DNA of 64,000 nucleotides from an uncultured Helicobacter sp. Its GTDB lineage: Bacteria; Campylobacterota; Campylobacteria; Campylobacterales; Arcobacteraceae. The notes beneath the pieces are model-generated. The model saw only the letters and a list, made by a program, of their open reading frames with translations. It made no database searches and was not told the origin of the DNA. Numbering within the stretch: the stretch's first letter is position 1; each line of letters starts with the position of its first letter. A program made the translations under genes and the position numbers. Of the stretch, positions 20,428-29,322 are shown piece after piece. The stretch lies in contig CAYZWZ010000001.1 in NCBI GenBank assembly GCA_964482285.1, positions 53,521 to 117,520 of the forward strand, read 5' to 3'.

Positions 20428-20727
20428 CTAAATTTGCATTCTCATTACATCTTTATATGCTGATAATGCTTTATTTTTCACTTCAAGTGCAAGTTTTAAA
20501 GATAGCTCAGCTTCTTCTATCTTTTGTACTGCTTTTTGTAGATTTTCTACTTTTCCTGTTGCGATACCTTCCATTGCATTATATGCTTGAACTTGTGATT
20601 CATTAAGTTCACCCAATGATTTATTTAATATTTCAGAAAATGATTTATCATCTTTCTCTTCAGGCTTTGAAAATAATTTATCTGTACTTAACCCTTGTAT
20701 TTGGTTTGCTATTTCTCCAATTTTCAT
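20428..20727 (-). CDS. fliE: Flagellar hook-basal body complex protein FliE
   Basis: 99 aa. C-terminus LALEVKNKALSAYKDVMRMQI is the FliE signature. Confidence 0.85.
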   Translation of the reverse strand: MKIGEIANQIQGLSTDKLFSKPEEKDDKSFSEILNKSLGELNESQVQAYNAMEGIATGKVENLQKAVQKIEEAELSLKLALEVKNKALSAYKDVMRMQI

Positions 20728-20738
20728 AGATCACCCCT

Positions 20739-21062
20739 TTAATTAGAATTCATAGTTTTTAATTTTGATTCTTGCAACGATAAATCATTTAACAATCCAT
20801 CAACCTTTGTTGAAAGCTTATCAAAAGCCAACTCTTCTTCTTGACTTTTTAAGTTAAATAATGCAATAACCAAAGAAAACATTAAATTTGCAATACCTTT
20901 GAAAAATATAGTACTTAAAATAACCCCTAAAAGTATTTCAAGTGGAGTATAAAGATTTGAATTTATTGTAAAATATATCAAAGTTGCAAAAAAAGCAGTA
21001 GCTACATAAGTATTTGTAATATTACTACTAATTAGTCTATTTGAAAATTTTTCTACATTCAT
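20739..21062 (-). CDS. Hypothetical 107-aa membrane protein (2 predicted TM + C-terminal coiled coil) in the flagellar operon
   Basis: Hydrophobic segments YVATAFFATLIYFTI and LLGVILSTIFFKGIANLMFSLVIALF. Sits between flhG and fliE with 11-22 nt gaps. Confidence 0.5.
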   Translation of the reverse strand: MNVEKFSNRLISSNITNTYVATAFFATLIYFTINSNLYTPLEILLGVILSTIFFKGIANLMFSLVIALFNLKSQEEELAFDKLSTKVDGLLNDLSLQESKLKTMNSN

Positions 21063-21083
21063 AAACTTCTCATCTCCTTTATA

Positions 21084-21899
21084 TTAAGATATCTCTTTAA
21101 TTAGATTTTTACATATAGCTTGGATAGATAAAGTACTATCACTATAAGCTAACTCTTTAGTATATAGCTTTCTTAACCTACCTGTAGTTGCTATATTTAA
21201 ATCCACAATTATATTTCCTAAATATTTTACCATAAAATTCTTGTTAAGTTTATTTTTTGATGCTAAATTAATTAAAGATTGGGTAATTGTCTCTCCAATT
21301 TTGTAAGTTTTTGTATGATTAAATACCATAAACAATCTTTTTTTACTTAAACTAAGCATCTTTATTAGTGCATAAACATCTGTTAATGCACTAGGATCAG
21401 TTGTAGTTACTGCTACTATTTCATCTGATACATCTAAAAACTCTTGTACATGAGAACTAAGCCCTGCTCCTGTATCTATAAATATATAATCAAACTTTTC
21501 TGTATCTTTTATCTCGTTAATAACTCTTGAAAATTGATTTTGTGAGTTCTCTAACAAATAATTATGTCCACTTTTACCAGCAACTAAAGATATATTTTTA
21601 TATTTTGTTTGTAATAGTATATTATCTAAAGCGATATTATTATTTAAATAATCATTGATTGTATATTGAGGTTTAAGATCAAAAAGTATTTGCATATTTG
21701 CTAATCCTATATCTGCATCTATTACTAAAATTTTTTTATTTAATGTAGAAAATATATAAGATAGATTTGCTGTAAAAGTAGATTTTCCAACTCCACCTTT
21801 TCCAGATGTTATTGCTATCACTTTTGTTTTTGAAGATCTATGCTGTTTTTTTGTTAAATTTATAAGCTTACTAGCTTGTGTTGATATTTGATTAAACAT
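21084..21899 (-). CDS. flhG: Flagellar number regulator FlhG (MinD/ParA-type ATPase)
   Basis: Deviant Walker A TSGKGGVGKST. Directly downstream of flhF. Confidence 0.85.
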   Translation of the reverse strand: MFNQISTQASKLINLTKKQHRSSKTKVIAITSGKGGVGKSTFTANLSYIFSTLNKKILVIDADIGLANMQILFDLKPQYTINDYLNNNIALDNILLQTKYKNISLVAGKSGHNYLLENSQNQFSRVINEIKDTEKFDYIFIDTGAGLSSHVQEFLDVSDEIVAVTTTDPSALTDVYALIKMLSLSKKRLFMVFNHTKTYKIGETITQSLINLASKNKLNKNFMVKYLGNIIVDLNIATTGRLRKLYTKELAYSDSTLSIQAICKNLIKEIS

Positions 21900-21900
21900 A

Positions 21901-23043
21901 TTATTTTTTTGGTATACTTCTATTCATAAAACAATCGATTAAATACTTATCATCTACACACTTTAGATCATCTGGAACATTTTGTCCAACCGATAAATAA
22001 CATATAGATTTTTTAATCTTATATGCAAAAGATATAATATTTCCAAAACTTCTTGTTTCATCTAATTTTGTATATATAAGATTATTAATACCCAATATTG
22101 AATAGCTATTATATATCTCATGAAGATCAGATTTTTTTATATTTGCTGGTAATACTAGTAATTTTTCAATGCTTACATCTTTTAATCTATTTTGATATTT
22201 ATTTATATGCTCAATTTTATCAATATCGTATTGACTTGATCCTGCTGTATCTATTAAAATATAATTACAATCTTTTAACCTTAAAAGTGCTTCAACTAAA
22301 TCTTCTGGTTTATTTACAACTTCTAAAGGTAATCTCATAATATTTGTATATGCTTTTAATTGTTCTACTGCACCTACTCTAAAAGAGTCAAGGGTGATAA
22401 TACCAACTTTATAATCCATACCCATTTTATAAGCATATCTAGCAGCTAATTTTGCTATTGTTGTTGTTTTACCAACTCCTGTTGGCCCTACAAACATCAT
22501 AATTTTTCTTTGATGTATTCTAGCTGGAACTTCATATTTTATAGGTATAATCCTTTTTAAAATAAGTTTAAAAAAGTTATTAATTTTTTGTTCATCACTT
22601 TTCATAGATAAAGGAAGTTGTGTAATTGTTTTTTTCAATATCGTATATGTCATCTCTTCATCAAACTCATTTTGCTCAAATAAAGAATAGATATCTATAA
22701 ATTCTGTTGGTATTACCAAATCATATAGTTTACTTTTAGGTTCCCAAAGTGTTTTTTGAACTTTTCTTAAATCATTATGAATTTGTAAAATATCAGATTT
22801 CATACTATAATCATTGTTACTTGTAGTTTTTGTTTCTATTTTTGGTAATATATCATTATTTTTATTTAAATTTGAGTCATAATCATCTTCAGTTGCAACT
22901 AATATTTCATACATACTTTTTGTTGTTCTAGTCTTTGATGATATCTTTTTTGTAGAAATAACTATTGCATCTTCACCACACTCTTTTTGTGCATTTCTTA
23001 AAGCCTCTGTAGGTGTTTCACCTAAAAATGATAACATCTTCAT
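21901..23043 (-). CDS. flhF: Flagellar biosynthesis GTPase FlhF (SRP-type)
   Basis: SRP-like G domain (FVGPTGVGKTTTIAKLA, DTAGSS, TKLDE). Confidence 0.85.
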   Translation of the reverse strand: MKMLSFLGETPTEALRNAQKECGEDAIVISTKKISSKTRTTKSMYEILVATEDDYDSNLNKNNDILPKIETKTTSNNDYSMKSDILQIHNDLRKVQKTLWEPKSKLYDLVIPTEFIDIYSLFEQNEFDEEMTYTILKKTITQLPLSMKSDEQKINNFFKLILKRIIPIKYEVPARIHQRKIMMFVGPTGVGKTTTIAKLAARYAYKMGMDYKVGIITLDSFRVGAVEQLKAYTNIMRLPLEVVNKPEDLVEALLRLKDCNYILIDTAGSSQYDIDKIEHINKYQNRLKDVSIEKLLVLPANIKKSDLHEIYNSYSILGINNLIYTKLDETRSFGNIISFAYKIKKSICYLSVGQNVPDDLKCVDDKYLIDCFMNRSIPKK

Positions 23044-23426
23044 TACTTTTGTCCATTTTTATATATTTTTATGATTTTACCATCATAGTTTTTTATTTTT
23101 ACATAATCTTTATTTTCTGATATAACTTTTCCAACTCTTTGTATCTCAATATTTCCAAAATCAAATTTAACTTGATCAATCACTACTTTTTGAACATCTT
23201 TATAACAAATAGGTGTCCCTTTTATGATATATCTTTTTGCTTGATATTTTGATTTTTTTAATAATTCTTTATCAAAAGTTGTACACCTTAGATCTTTATT
23301 TATATTTTTAATATACAAATTGTTTGCATCTAATATATTTTTATAGTTTATATTAACTTTTGATACTAAAACTTCAGTAGCATTTATATTTAATAGTATA
23401 ATAAATATAATAAATAAGTTTTTCAC
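23043..23426 (-). CDS. Short FlgA-like P-ring assembly chaperone (putative)
   Basis: Signal peptide, SAF-like segment (YIIKGTPICYKDV). Position within the flagellar operon. Shorter than classical FlgA. Confidence 0.45.
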   Translation of the reverse strand: MKNLFIIFIILLNINATEVLVSKVNINYKNILDANNLYIKNINKDLRCTTFDKELLKKSKYQAKRYIIKGTPICYKDVQKVVIDQVKFDFGNIEIQRVGKVISENKDYVKIKNYDGKIIKIYKNGQK

Positions 23427-23803
23427 TATCCACTTACCTCTACTAAATTTCCACCATTTGAAGAACTAATATCATTTACAATTTCTGTATACATCTGTTT
23501 TATTGGTAGTACAATTGCAGCTAATCTTCCATTTAGTGCATAAACTTCAGTTAAATGCTCTTCTAGTTCATCTACAATATCTCTATAAATATCTATATCT
23601 ACCCCATTATTAATAGCATTTGCTAGTTGATCATTTAGATCTTTATGTGCTTGAGATATCTGCCTCATAAGTTGTAATTTATTATCATTTCTATTTAATA
23701 GCTTTTCATGCTCAGCATTCATAATATCTTTTATATCTTCATTTATATCTGCTTTTAATTGTAAAGCTTGTTCTATCATTTTTATTACTGTTTGTTGTAT
23801 CAT
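23426..23803 (-). CDS. Helical flagellar chaperone-like protein (FlgN-like, tentative)
   Basis: 125-aa all-helical acidic protein between the flgJ-like and flgA-like genes. The assignment rests on context only. Confidence 0.3.
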   Translation of the reverse strand: MIQQTVIKMIEQALQLKADINEDIKDIMNAEHEKLLNRNDNKLQLMRQISQAHKDLNDQLANAINNGVDIDIYRDIVDELEEHLTEVYALNGRLAAIVLPIKQMYTEIVNDISSSNGGNLVEVSG

Positions 23804-24102
23804 TTTTTCTCACTTAAAAATTGAAATAGCATATTACTTATACCTAAAGATCCTGCACTTTTTTGAGCTAAACTTTGAGTATACATACTTTTTATAATCT
23901 CAGATCCAGTACCCTCACCAGCTATTGTAGAATTTTTTAAAGATACATCAAGAATTTGTTGCATAAAAAAAGATTCAAAATCATCACAAACTGTTTTTAA
24001 TTGTTCATCTTTTGAAGATTTTGAAAGATTATTTAAGTTTTTTTGTAAATCGTTACTAGTTTGATTTATCATTGATGTTTCAATATTATTTAATGCTTGC
24101 AT
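23800..24102 (-). CDS. Rod-binding protein (FlgJ N-terminal-domain-only type)
   Basis: CDDFESFFMQQILDVSLK...MYTQSLAQ matches the Rod_binding pattern of single-domain FlgJ proteins. Confidence 0.7.
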   Translation of the reverse strand: MQALNNIETSMINQTSNDLQKNLNNLSKSSKDEQLKTVCDDFESFFMQQILDVSLKNSTIAGEGTGSEIIKSMYTQSLAQKSAGSLGISNMLFQFLSEKK

Positions 24103-24114
24103 ATTTATCTACCT

Positions 24115-24912
24115 TTATTTAATTCTATCGAAGAAATTTTCATCTTCTAAACCTGTTTCACCTTTTAGTTTATTTGATATAAACTTTAACTCAACTCTTC
24201 TATTTTCATTTTCATTTGTACTTTTTGGTCTATATGATCCATATGCAGATACTTTTAGTCTCTCTGGATCAATTCTATTTTTAATAAGCTCTTTTACCAA
24301 AGATATTGATCTAAGTGCTGATAGATCCCATGAATCTCTTGGTATCTCATCGTTTTGAAAAACTTCAGTACTACTTGTATAACCAGATACTTCAATATCT
24401 AAACCATCAGACATTGTTCTAATAATTCTAGACATCTTTACAATAAACCTTTTTGCTTGTTTATTTTTAAGTGTATATTCACCCTCTTGGAACATTAATG
24501 ATGATGGAATTTCCATTGTAAACTCATTGTTATTTTTTTCATTTACTGTTATCTCATCATCATTTTCTGATTCTGTTGTATAGTTATATTCTCTAGCTAT
24601 CTCTTGGAGTTCAACTATCATCTCTCCATTATCATTTCCACCACCCATATCACCTTGGTTCCCTGATTCACTAGCATTAATATGCTCTTTTGATAACTTC
24701 ATTTTTTCTGCTGCTGATGTATCTTCAGCACCTTCTAAAAAGCCCATTGATCTTCTCATAATCTCAAAGTACTCTTCAACTTTTTTCTTATCCATTGTAG
24801 CCATTGATAAAAGTAAAATAAAAAAACAAAGAAGTAATGACATAAGGTCACCAAATTGTACTAGCCAACCTGGTAAACACTTAGGACATTCTGGACATTT
24901 ATCTTTTGCCAA
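24115..24912 (-). CDS. motB: Flagellar stator protein MotB/PomB-type (OmpA-like C-terminus)
   Basis: N-terminus KCPECPKCLPGWLVQFGDLMSLLLCFFILLLS with the channel Asp. OmpA-like C-terminus SGYTSS...SWDLSALRS...NRRVEL. Confidence 0.85.
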   Translation of the reverse strand: MAKDKCPECPKCLPGWLVQFGDLMSLLLCFFILLLSMATMDKKKVEEYFEIMRRSMGFLEGAEDTSAAEKMKLSKEHINASESGNQGDMGGGNDNGEMIVELQEIAREYNYTTESENDDEITVNEKNNNEFTMEIPSSLMFQEGEYTLKNKQAKRFIVKMSRIIRTMSDGLDIEVSGYTSSTEVFQNDEIPRDSWDLSALRSISLVKELIKNRIDPERLKVSAYGSYRPKSTNENENRRVELKFISNKLKGETGLEDENFFDRIK

Positions 24913-24933
24913 TATTTACCCTTTTTTTCAATT

Positions 24934-25689
24934 TTATTCAGCTTCTGGAGGTAATACTGCTTGAAGTTTCATTTTAATATTACCTATAGATTCTCCAGCT
25001 GCTATCATCATAGCACCTTGAAGAGTTATTTGATGTGCTATCATCTCTACATTATGTTTTTGCTCTAATTTTGCTTCAATAACACCTGCAATTCCTGTAC
25101 CAATTAAAGCACCATACATAGTTGTAAGTAAGGCAACAGCCATAGCTGGACCAACGGCACTTGGATCGGATAGATTCGCAAGCATAGCAACAAGACCAAC
25201 AAGTGTACCAATCATACCCATAGCTCCAGCACTTCCACCTATATTTCCATAAATTGCAATTTGTGTTTTATGTCTATTTTCCATATGCTCTAATTTTGTA
25301 TCCATTAAAGCTTCTAGTACATCTGGTTTTGTATTATCAACTAACAATGCAAATGCTTCTTTAAAAAATGGATTACCCTCATCCATAATTTTTTGCTCAA
25401 CACTCATTACACCATTTTTTTTGATCTCTGTTGCATAATGTATTATTTTTTCAACAAGTTCAGGAGTTGATTCAACTTTTACTTCATTAAAAGCTGCACC
25501 TGCAGATTTTGTTACTTGTTTTAATGCAGCACCTTCAAATTGACCAATAGTAACAGCAGCAGTTCCACCAAATACAATAATAACTGAAGGGATATCGATA
25601 TATGCACCAAAACCTGCACCACCTAGTACAATAGCTAAGGCTACAAGTCCCCAGACTCCAGCAAATCCACCTGCGGTCGTTTTATCCAT
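24934..25689 (-). CDS. motA: Flagellar stator protein MotA/PomA-type
   Basis: Four TM segments. Signature AMGMIGTLVGLVAMLANLSDPSAVGPAMAVALLTTMYGA. Confidence 0.9.
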   Translation of the reverse strand: MDKTTAGGFAGVWGLVALAIVLGGAGFGAYIDIPSVIIVFGGTAAVTIGQFEGAALKQVTKSAGAAFNEVKVESTPELVEKIIHYATEIKKNGVMSVEQKIMDEGNPFFKEAFALLVDNTKPDVLEALMDTKLEHMENRHKTQIAIYGNIGGSAGAMGMIGTLVGLVAMLANLSDPSAVGPAMAVALLTTMYGALIGTGIAGVIEAKLEQKHNVEMIAHQITLQGAMMIAAGESIGNIKMKLQAVLPPEAE

Positions 25690-25703
25690 GTTAATCCCTT
25701 ACT

Positions 25704-26564
25704 TTAAACATTTATTTCGCCAATATATTTGATTTTTATACCAAATTTATTTTCAACGATAACTGCTTCACCTTCACCAACTTTGATATTATTAACCAAA
25801 ATATCTAAAGGTTCATTCACCATTTGATCAAGTTCAATAATCTCACCAACATCCCAGTTTACAATATCTTTTAAAAGAAATGTTTTTGTACCTAATCTTA
25901 CAGAAAATTTTAGTTTTACATCAAAAAGTAATTTTAAATTATCACTTGAATGTTCACCTAACATTGCTAATACTGGATCTAAATTACTTGCATTTTGTTC
26001 TAAAACTTCATTTGTTGTAGGTTCATCTATATCTTCAATCTTCCCACCACTTGCAATACTATTTATAAATGGTAGTAAAACATCATCAAACTTCATCAAT
26101 AAGCTTACTTCTTCATCATTAAATGAGATATTAAATTTATATAAATTTGTATCATCACTTATATCACTAACATCAATTAATGAACTATCATTTATATTAA
26201 AAGAAAACGAAGTAATATCATCATAATCTTGTGCATTTATTGTAGTACTTAATCCACCACCAATAGTAGCTATGATCTCTTTACAAGCATCAATGATCTC
26301 ATCATCAATACTAGCTTTAATATCACCAATTCCACCTAGCATAAAGTATTCAAATTTAGTTGCAATAAGTGTTGGTAGATATATACTAAGTGAAGATGTA
26401 TTTCCACTAAAAGATAAACTAATATCTATTTTTAGATGTTGATTATCATCAAGATCAGATGTACCAATCTTAACAACATCATTAACTTTTGCTTCTAAAG
26501 AAAGTAAACTTTCAAATGTATTTACTAGTTCACTTTGAATTATACTTGATATATCTGATGCCAA
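25704..26564 (-). CDS. fliY: Flagellar switch protein FliY-type (CheC-like N-domain + FliN/SpoA C-domain)
   Basis: C-terminal SpoA segment PLDILVNNIKVGEGEAVIVENKFGIKI. N-terminal CheC-like fold segment IDDEIIDACKEIIATIGGGL. Confidence 0.75.
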   Translation of the reverse strand: MASDISSIIQSELVNTFESLLSLEAKVNDVVKIGTSDLDDNQHLKIDISLSFSGNTSSLSIYLPTLIATKFEYFMLGGIGDIKASIDDEIIDACKEIIATIGGGLSTTINAQDYDDITSFSFNINDSSLIDVSDISDDTNLYKFNISFNDEEVSLLMKFDDVLLPFINSIASGGKIEDIDEPTTNEVLEQNASNLDPVLAMLGEHSSDNLKLLFDVKLKFSVRLGTKTFLLKDIVNWDVGEIIELDQMVNEPLDILVNNIKVGEGEAVIVENKFGIKIKYIGEINV

Positions 26565-26580
26565 TTATTATCCCTAATTA

Positions 26581-26889
26581 TTATTTATTTTTTTCTAAGT
26601 CTTCTTTTAAATGCTCTTTTAGTCTCATAATCTGTTCTGTAGGAAATTGGTATTCCAATCCATCTTTTGAAACTCTCACAAAGAAATCTTTTGTTTTAGT
26701 ATTAAAACCAAATTTTACATTGTCTAAAATAACTTCATTTGAGACAACTTTATTTGGACTTTCTTGTATGTTTTTATATTGTTCATCAGGGTTGACTCGC
26801 TCTTCTTCCCCAATATTTTGAACTTTACTTATTTTTTCTATATTATTTACACGAGATTGATCCATCTCTTCTAGTCTTCCAAGTTGCAT
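26581..26889 (-). CDS. flaG: FlaG-family flagellar protein
   Basis: About 100 aa. FGFNTKTKDFFVRVSKDG..FPTEQIMRLKEHL resembles the FlaG domain pattern. Strong AGGAGG SD. Confidence 0.65.
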   Translation of the reverse strand: MQLGRLEEMDQSRVNNIEKISKVQNIGEEERVNPDEQYKNIQESPNKVVSNEVILDNVKFGFNTKTKDFFVRVSKDGLEYQFPTEQIMRLKEHLKEDLEKNK

Positions 26890-26945
26890 ATTGTCCTCCT
26901 AGTAATAATCTCTTAGAAATATTAAATTTCTAACACAATAAGACT

Positions 26946-26954
26946 ATTATATCA
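26946..26954 (-). promoter_or_regulatory. Candidate extended -10 promoter (TGATATAAT) for the flaG-fliY-motAB unit
   Basis: Reverse complement of 26946..26954 reads TGATATAAT, about 55 nt upstream of the flaG ATG in the only sizeable gap after the TPR gene. TATAAT-like hits are frequent in this AT-rich DNA. Confidence 0.35.
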
Positions 26955-26968
26955 AATATTGCATAAAC

Positions 26969-28984
26969 TTACAAATCTTCTAAATATTTATCAAAACCTT
27001 TTAGCTGGAAATCTATTAATCTTCCTGTGTATGGTTTTCTAAATGAAGATTTTGCACTATTTAATTTTAGATCTTGTAGAAGTTGAATACCATTTAAAAA
27101 TCTTGCGTTATCATCTTTTAATTCAAACTCCATCATTGTCAATGTTGCAGATGCATTAACATAATCTCCTGCACTTAGGTATGATGCTACTAATAAATTA
27201 TATGTATATTTATCATTTAGATTATATTTACTTTTTATATCTTCTAATATTTTTATACTTTGTATAGGATATCCATCATATAAATTAATCAAAGCTTTTG
27301 TTCTTAAATATGTTGGAGTATTATCATTTGGAATATTAAAATTAACTTTATTAAAAATACCTACAGCTTTTAATATATCAATATAATATTCTGTAATAAT
27401 TAATGGTCCTTTTAAAAAATAATCGTTATAGTGTTTTGGTAAATAATCTTGTAATCTTGCAACATAAGTATACTCACTTTCATTCTCTTTTTTAACAATT
27501 GTTCTAAATAAAAATACCAAAGGATCTTTTCCATCATTTAATAATAATGGCTCTTGAAGTGTTGAATCTTTTTCATTTTTATTATCTATAAAATGTAATG
27601 CTCTATAAAATACTGAATTTTTATATTTTAAAGATATCTTTTCATCTTCTATTTTATAATTTTTACTAAAAAATATTTTATATATATAGTGACCAAAATA
27701 TACATATTGCCCTTTAAAATTAACTAAATTATCTTTGATTTGTGTTTTTTCTTTTTTATTTAATTTTATATTTGCTCTTAATGCACTAACTAATACTAGT
27801 GAACTATAAAGTTTATTTGATTTTTTTAATAGATATGCTTTATAAAAATTTTTATATGCATTTTTATAATCAAAAATCTGTGCATAACTTAATGCTAAAT
27901 TATAGTATTCGTAAGATTTTATTTTCTCTTTTTTATCTATTTGCTTTTGTAGTTCATTTGCTCTAATTATAGGATCTTTTTTTACAATATTCGTGAAATT
28001 TTTATTATATTCAATCATATTATTTAATGCTTCAATACCATTTATATCTTTTAATATAAATGCATAAATTGAATCTTGTTTCAACTCTTTATTATCAGCG
28101 AATATAAATGGTGTAAAATAAAATAACATATCAATTTTTCTTTGTATTGAAAAATTATTTACCATATTAAAATAATCTTTTGAACTATATTTATCTTTAT
28201 TAAAATATATTCTAAGATCCATTCTTGGATATTGTCTAAACTCATCAAGCCTATCATCAACTAAATCAATATGATCTTTAAGTTTAGAAATACTATTAGT
28301 TTTAAGATCATTATAAATTGTAAACCAAATTATATCATTTGTACTCTTTTCATCTTTTGTTTGATTTAAAGCTTTTTGTAAATAAACTTCTGCATTATCA
28401 TACTCTTTTACTTTTATGTACAATAATGCAAGTTTCAGATAATTATATTCATTTAATGTTCTTAAAACTCTAATTGCTTTTTTATATTGTTTTAATATTA
28501 TATATGTATTTACAAGTAAAAGTCTTGTATTTTCATCTTGTTTTCTAATTGATTTATCTTTTAATACCCCAAGTATATCACTAAGATATTTTCTATCATT
28601 TGTTATTAAATATAAATAATAGCAAGTACTGATATAAGCATATATATTTTGTTTATTTAGGTTTTTTAGATTATACAATTTCTTAAGATATAAGTATGCA
28701 TTATTTTGTGATTTTAATTTATAATATGCAATACCAATATTTAAAAAAGATTCAACTTTTAATTTATTTGCAGTTTTTTTAAATATACTTATAGCTTTTA
28801 GATATTTTTCTTGTTCAAGATATAAAACTGCAATGTTAAATTGAGTTTTTGACTCATATAAAGAGAGTTGTTTTTTTATATATTTATTCTCTTTTAATAT
28901 ATTTGGTTGAGATTCATACTCAATTATTTTTGCTGCATATATATTACTAAATAATAATATATATACAAAAAATATAAACTTCAC
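26969..28984 (-). CDS. Secreted 671-aa TPR-like repeat protein of unknown function downstream of flgE
   Basis: GTG start overlaps the TAG of the preceding 108-aa ORF (TAGTG). Signal peptide MKFIFFVYILLFSNIYA. TPR-like segments (AVLYLEQEKYLKAISIFKK, GIAYYKLKSQNNAYLYLKK, ALSYAQIFDYKNAYKNFYKAY). Confidence 0.7.
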   Translation of the reverse strand: MKFIFFVYILLFSNIYAAKIIEYESQPNILKENKYIKKQLSLYESKTQFNIAVLYLEQEKYLKAISIFKKTANKLKVESFLNIGIAYYKLKSQNNAYLYLKKLYNLKNLNKQNIYAYISTCYYLYLITNDRKYLSDILGVLKDKSIRKQDENTRLLLVNTYIILKQYKKAIRVLRTLNEYNYLKLALLYIKVKEYDNAEVYLQKALNQTKDEKSTNDIIWFTIYNDLKTNSISKLKDHIDLVDDRLDEFRQYPRMDLRIYFNKDKYSSKDYFNMVNNFSIQRKIDMLFYFTPFIFADNKELKQDSIYAFILKDINGIEALNNMIEYNKNFTNIVKKDPIIRANELQKQIDKKEKIKSYEYYNLALSYAQIFDYKNAYKNFYKAYLLKKSNKLYSSLVLVSALRANIKLNKKEKTQIKDNLVNFKGQYVYFGHYIYKIFFSKNYKIEDEKISLKYKNSVFYRALHFIDNKNEKDSTLQEPLLLNDGKDPLVFLFRTIVKKENESEYTYVARLQDYLPKHYNDYFLKGPLIITEYYIDILKAVGIFNKVNFNIPNDNTPTYLRTKALINLYDGYPIQSIKILEDIKSKYNLNDKYTYNLLVASYLSAGDYVNASATLTMMEFELKDDNARFLNGIQLLQDLKLNSAKSSFRKPYTGRLIDFQLKGFDKYLEDL

Positions 28985-29310
28985 TATATCATTCCTACAG
29001 ACGAATAAAGTTCATCAACTCTCTCTTGTAGTAGATCATTTTTTCTTTTTAATTCAGAGTTTTGTTGTTTTAACTTTTGTATCTCATCTCTTGCTTTTGT
29101 TAAACTATCTTCTGTATCTTTTATAGTTTCAATAGCACTTTTTAATCTATTTTCATATTTCAGTATCTCAGCATCTCTTGTTTCTTTAGCTTGATTTGCT
29201 AAATCCTTTTCCTCTTTAATTTTTTTGTACATTGACTTATATACAGTCATATTAGAGAAAAAATAAAGTGCTAAAATACCAAAAATAGCAACTAGTAATA
29301 CATTATCCAA
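28984..29310 (-). CDS. Hypothetical 108-aa single-TM coiled-coil protein
   Basis: N-terminal TM LLVAIFGILALYFF followed by a heptad-rich K/E sequence. Starts 12 nt after the flgE stop. Confidence 0.5.
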   Translation of the reverse strand: MDNVLLVAIFGILALYFFSNMTVYKSMYKKIKEEKDLANQAKETRDAEILKYENRLKSAIETIKDTEDSLTKARDEIQKLKQQNSELKRKNDLLQERVDELYSSVGMI

Positions 29311-29322
29311 TATATTACCTAT

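Noticed and set aside
26913-26933. Hairpin TTAGAAAT-N5-ATTTCTAA in the flaG 5' region as a terminator after the TPR gene
   Set aside because: The 8-bp stem has a single G:C pair and no following U-tract. It is too weak to call a terminator.
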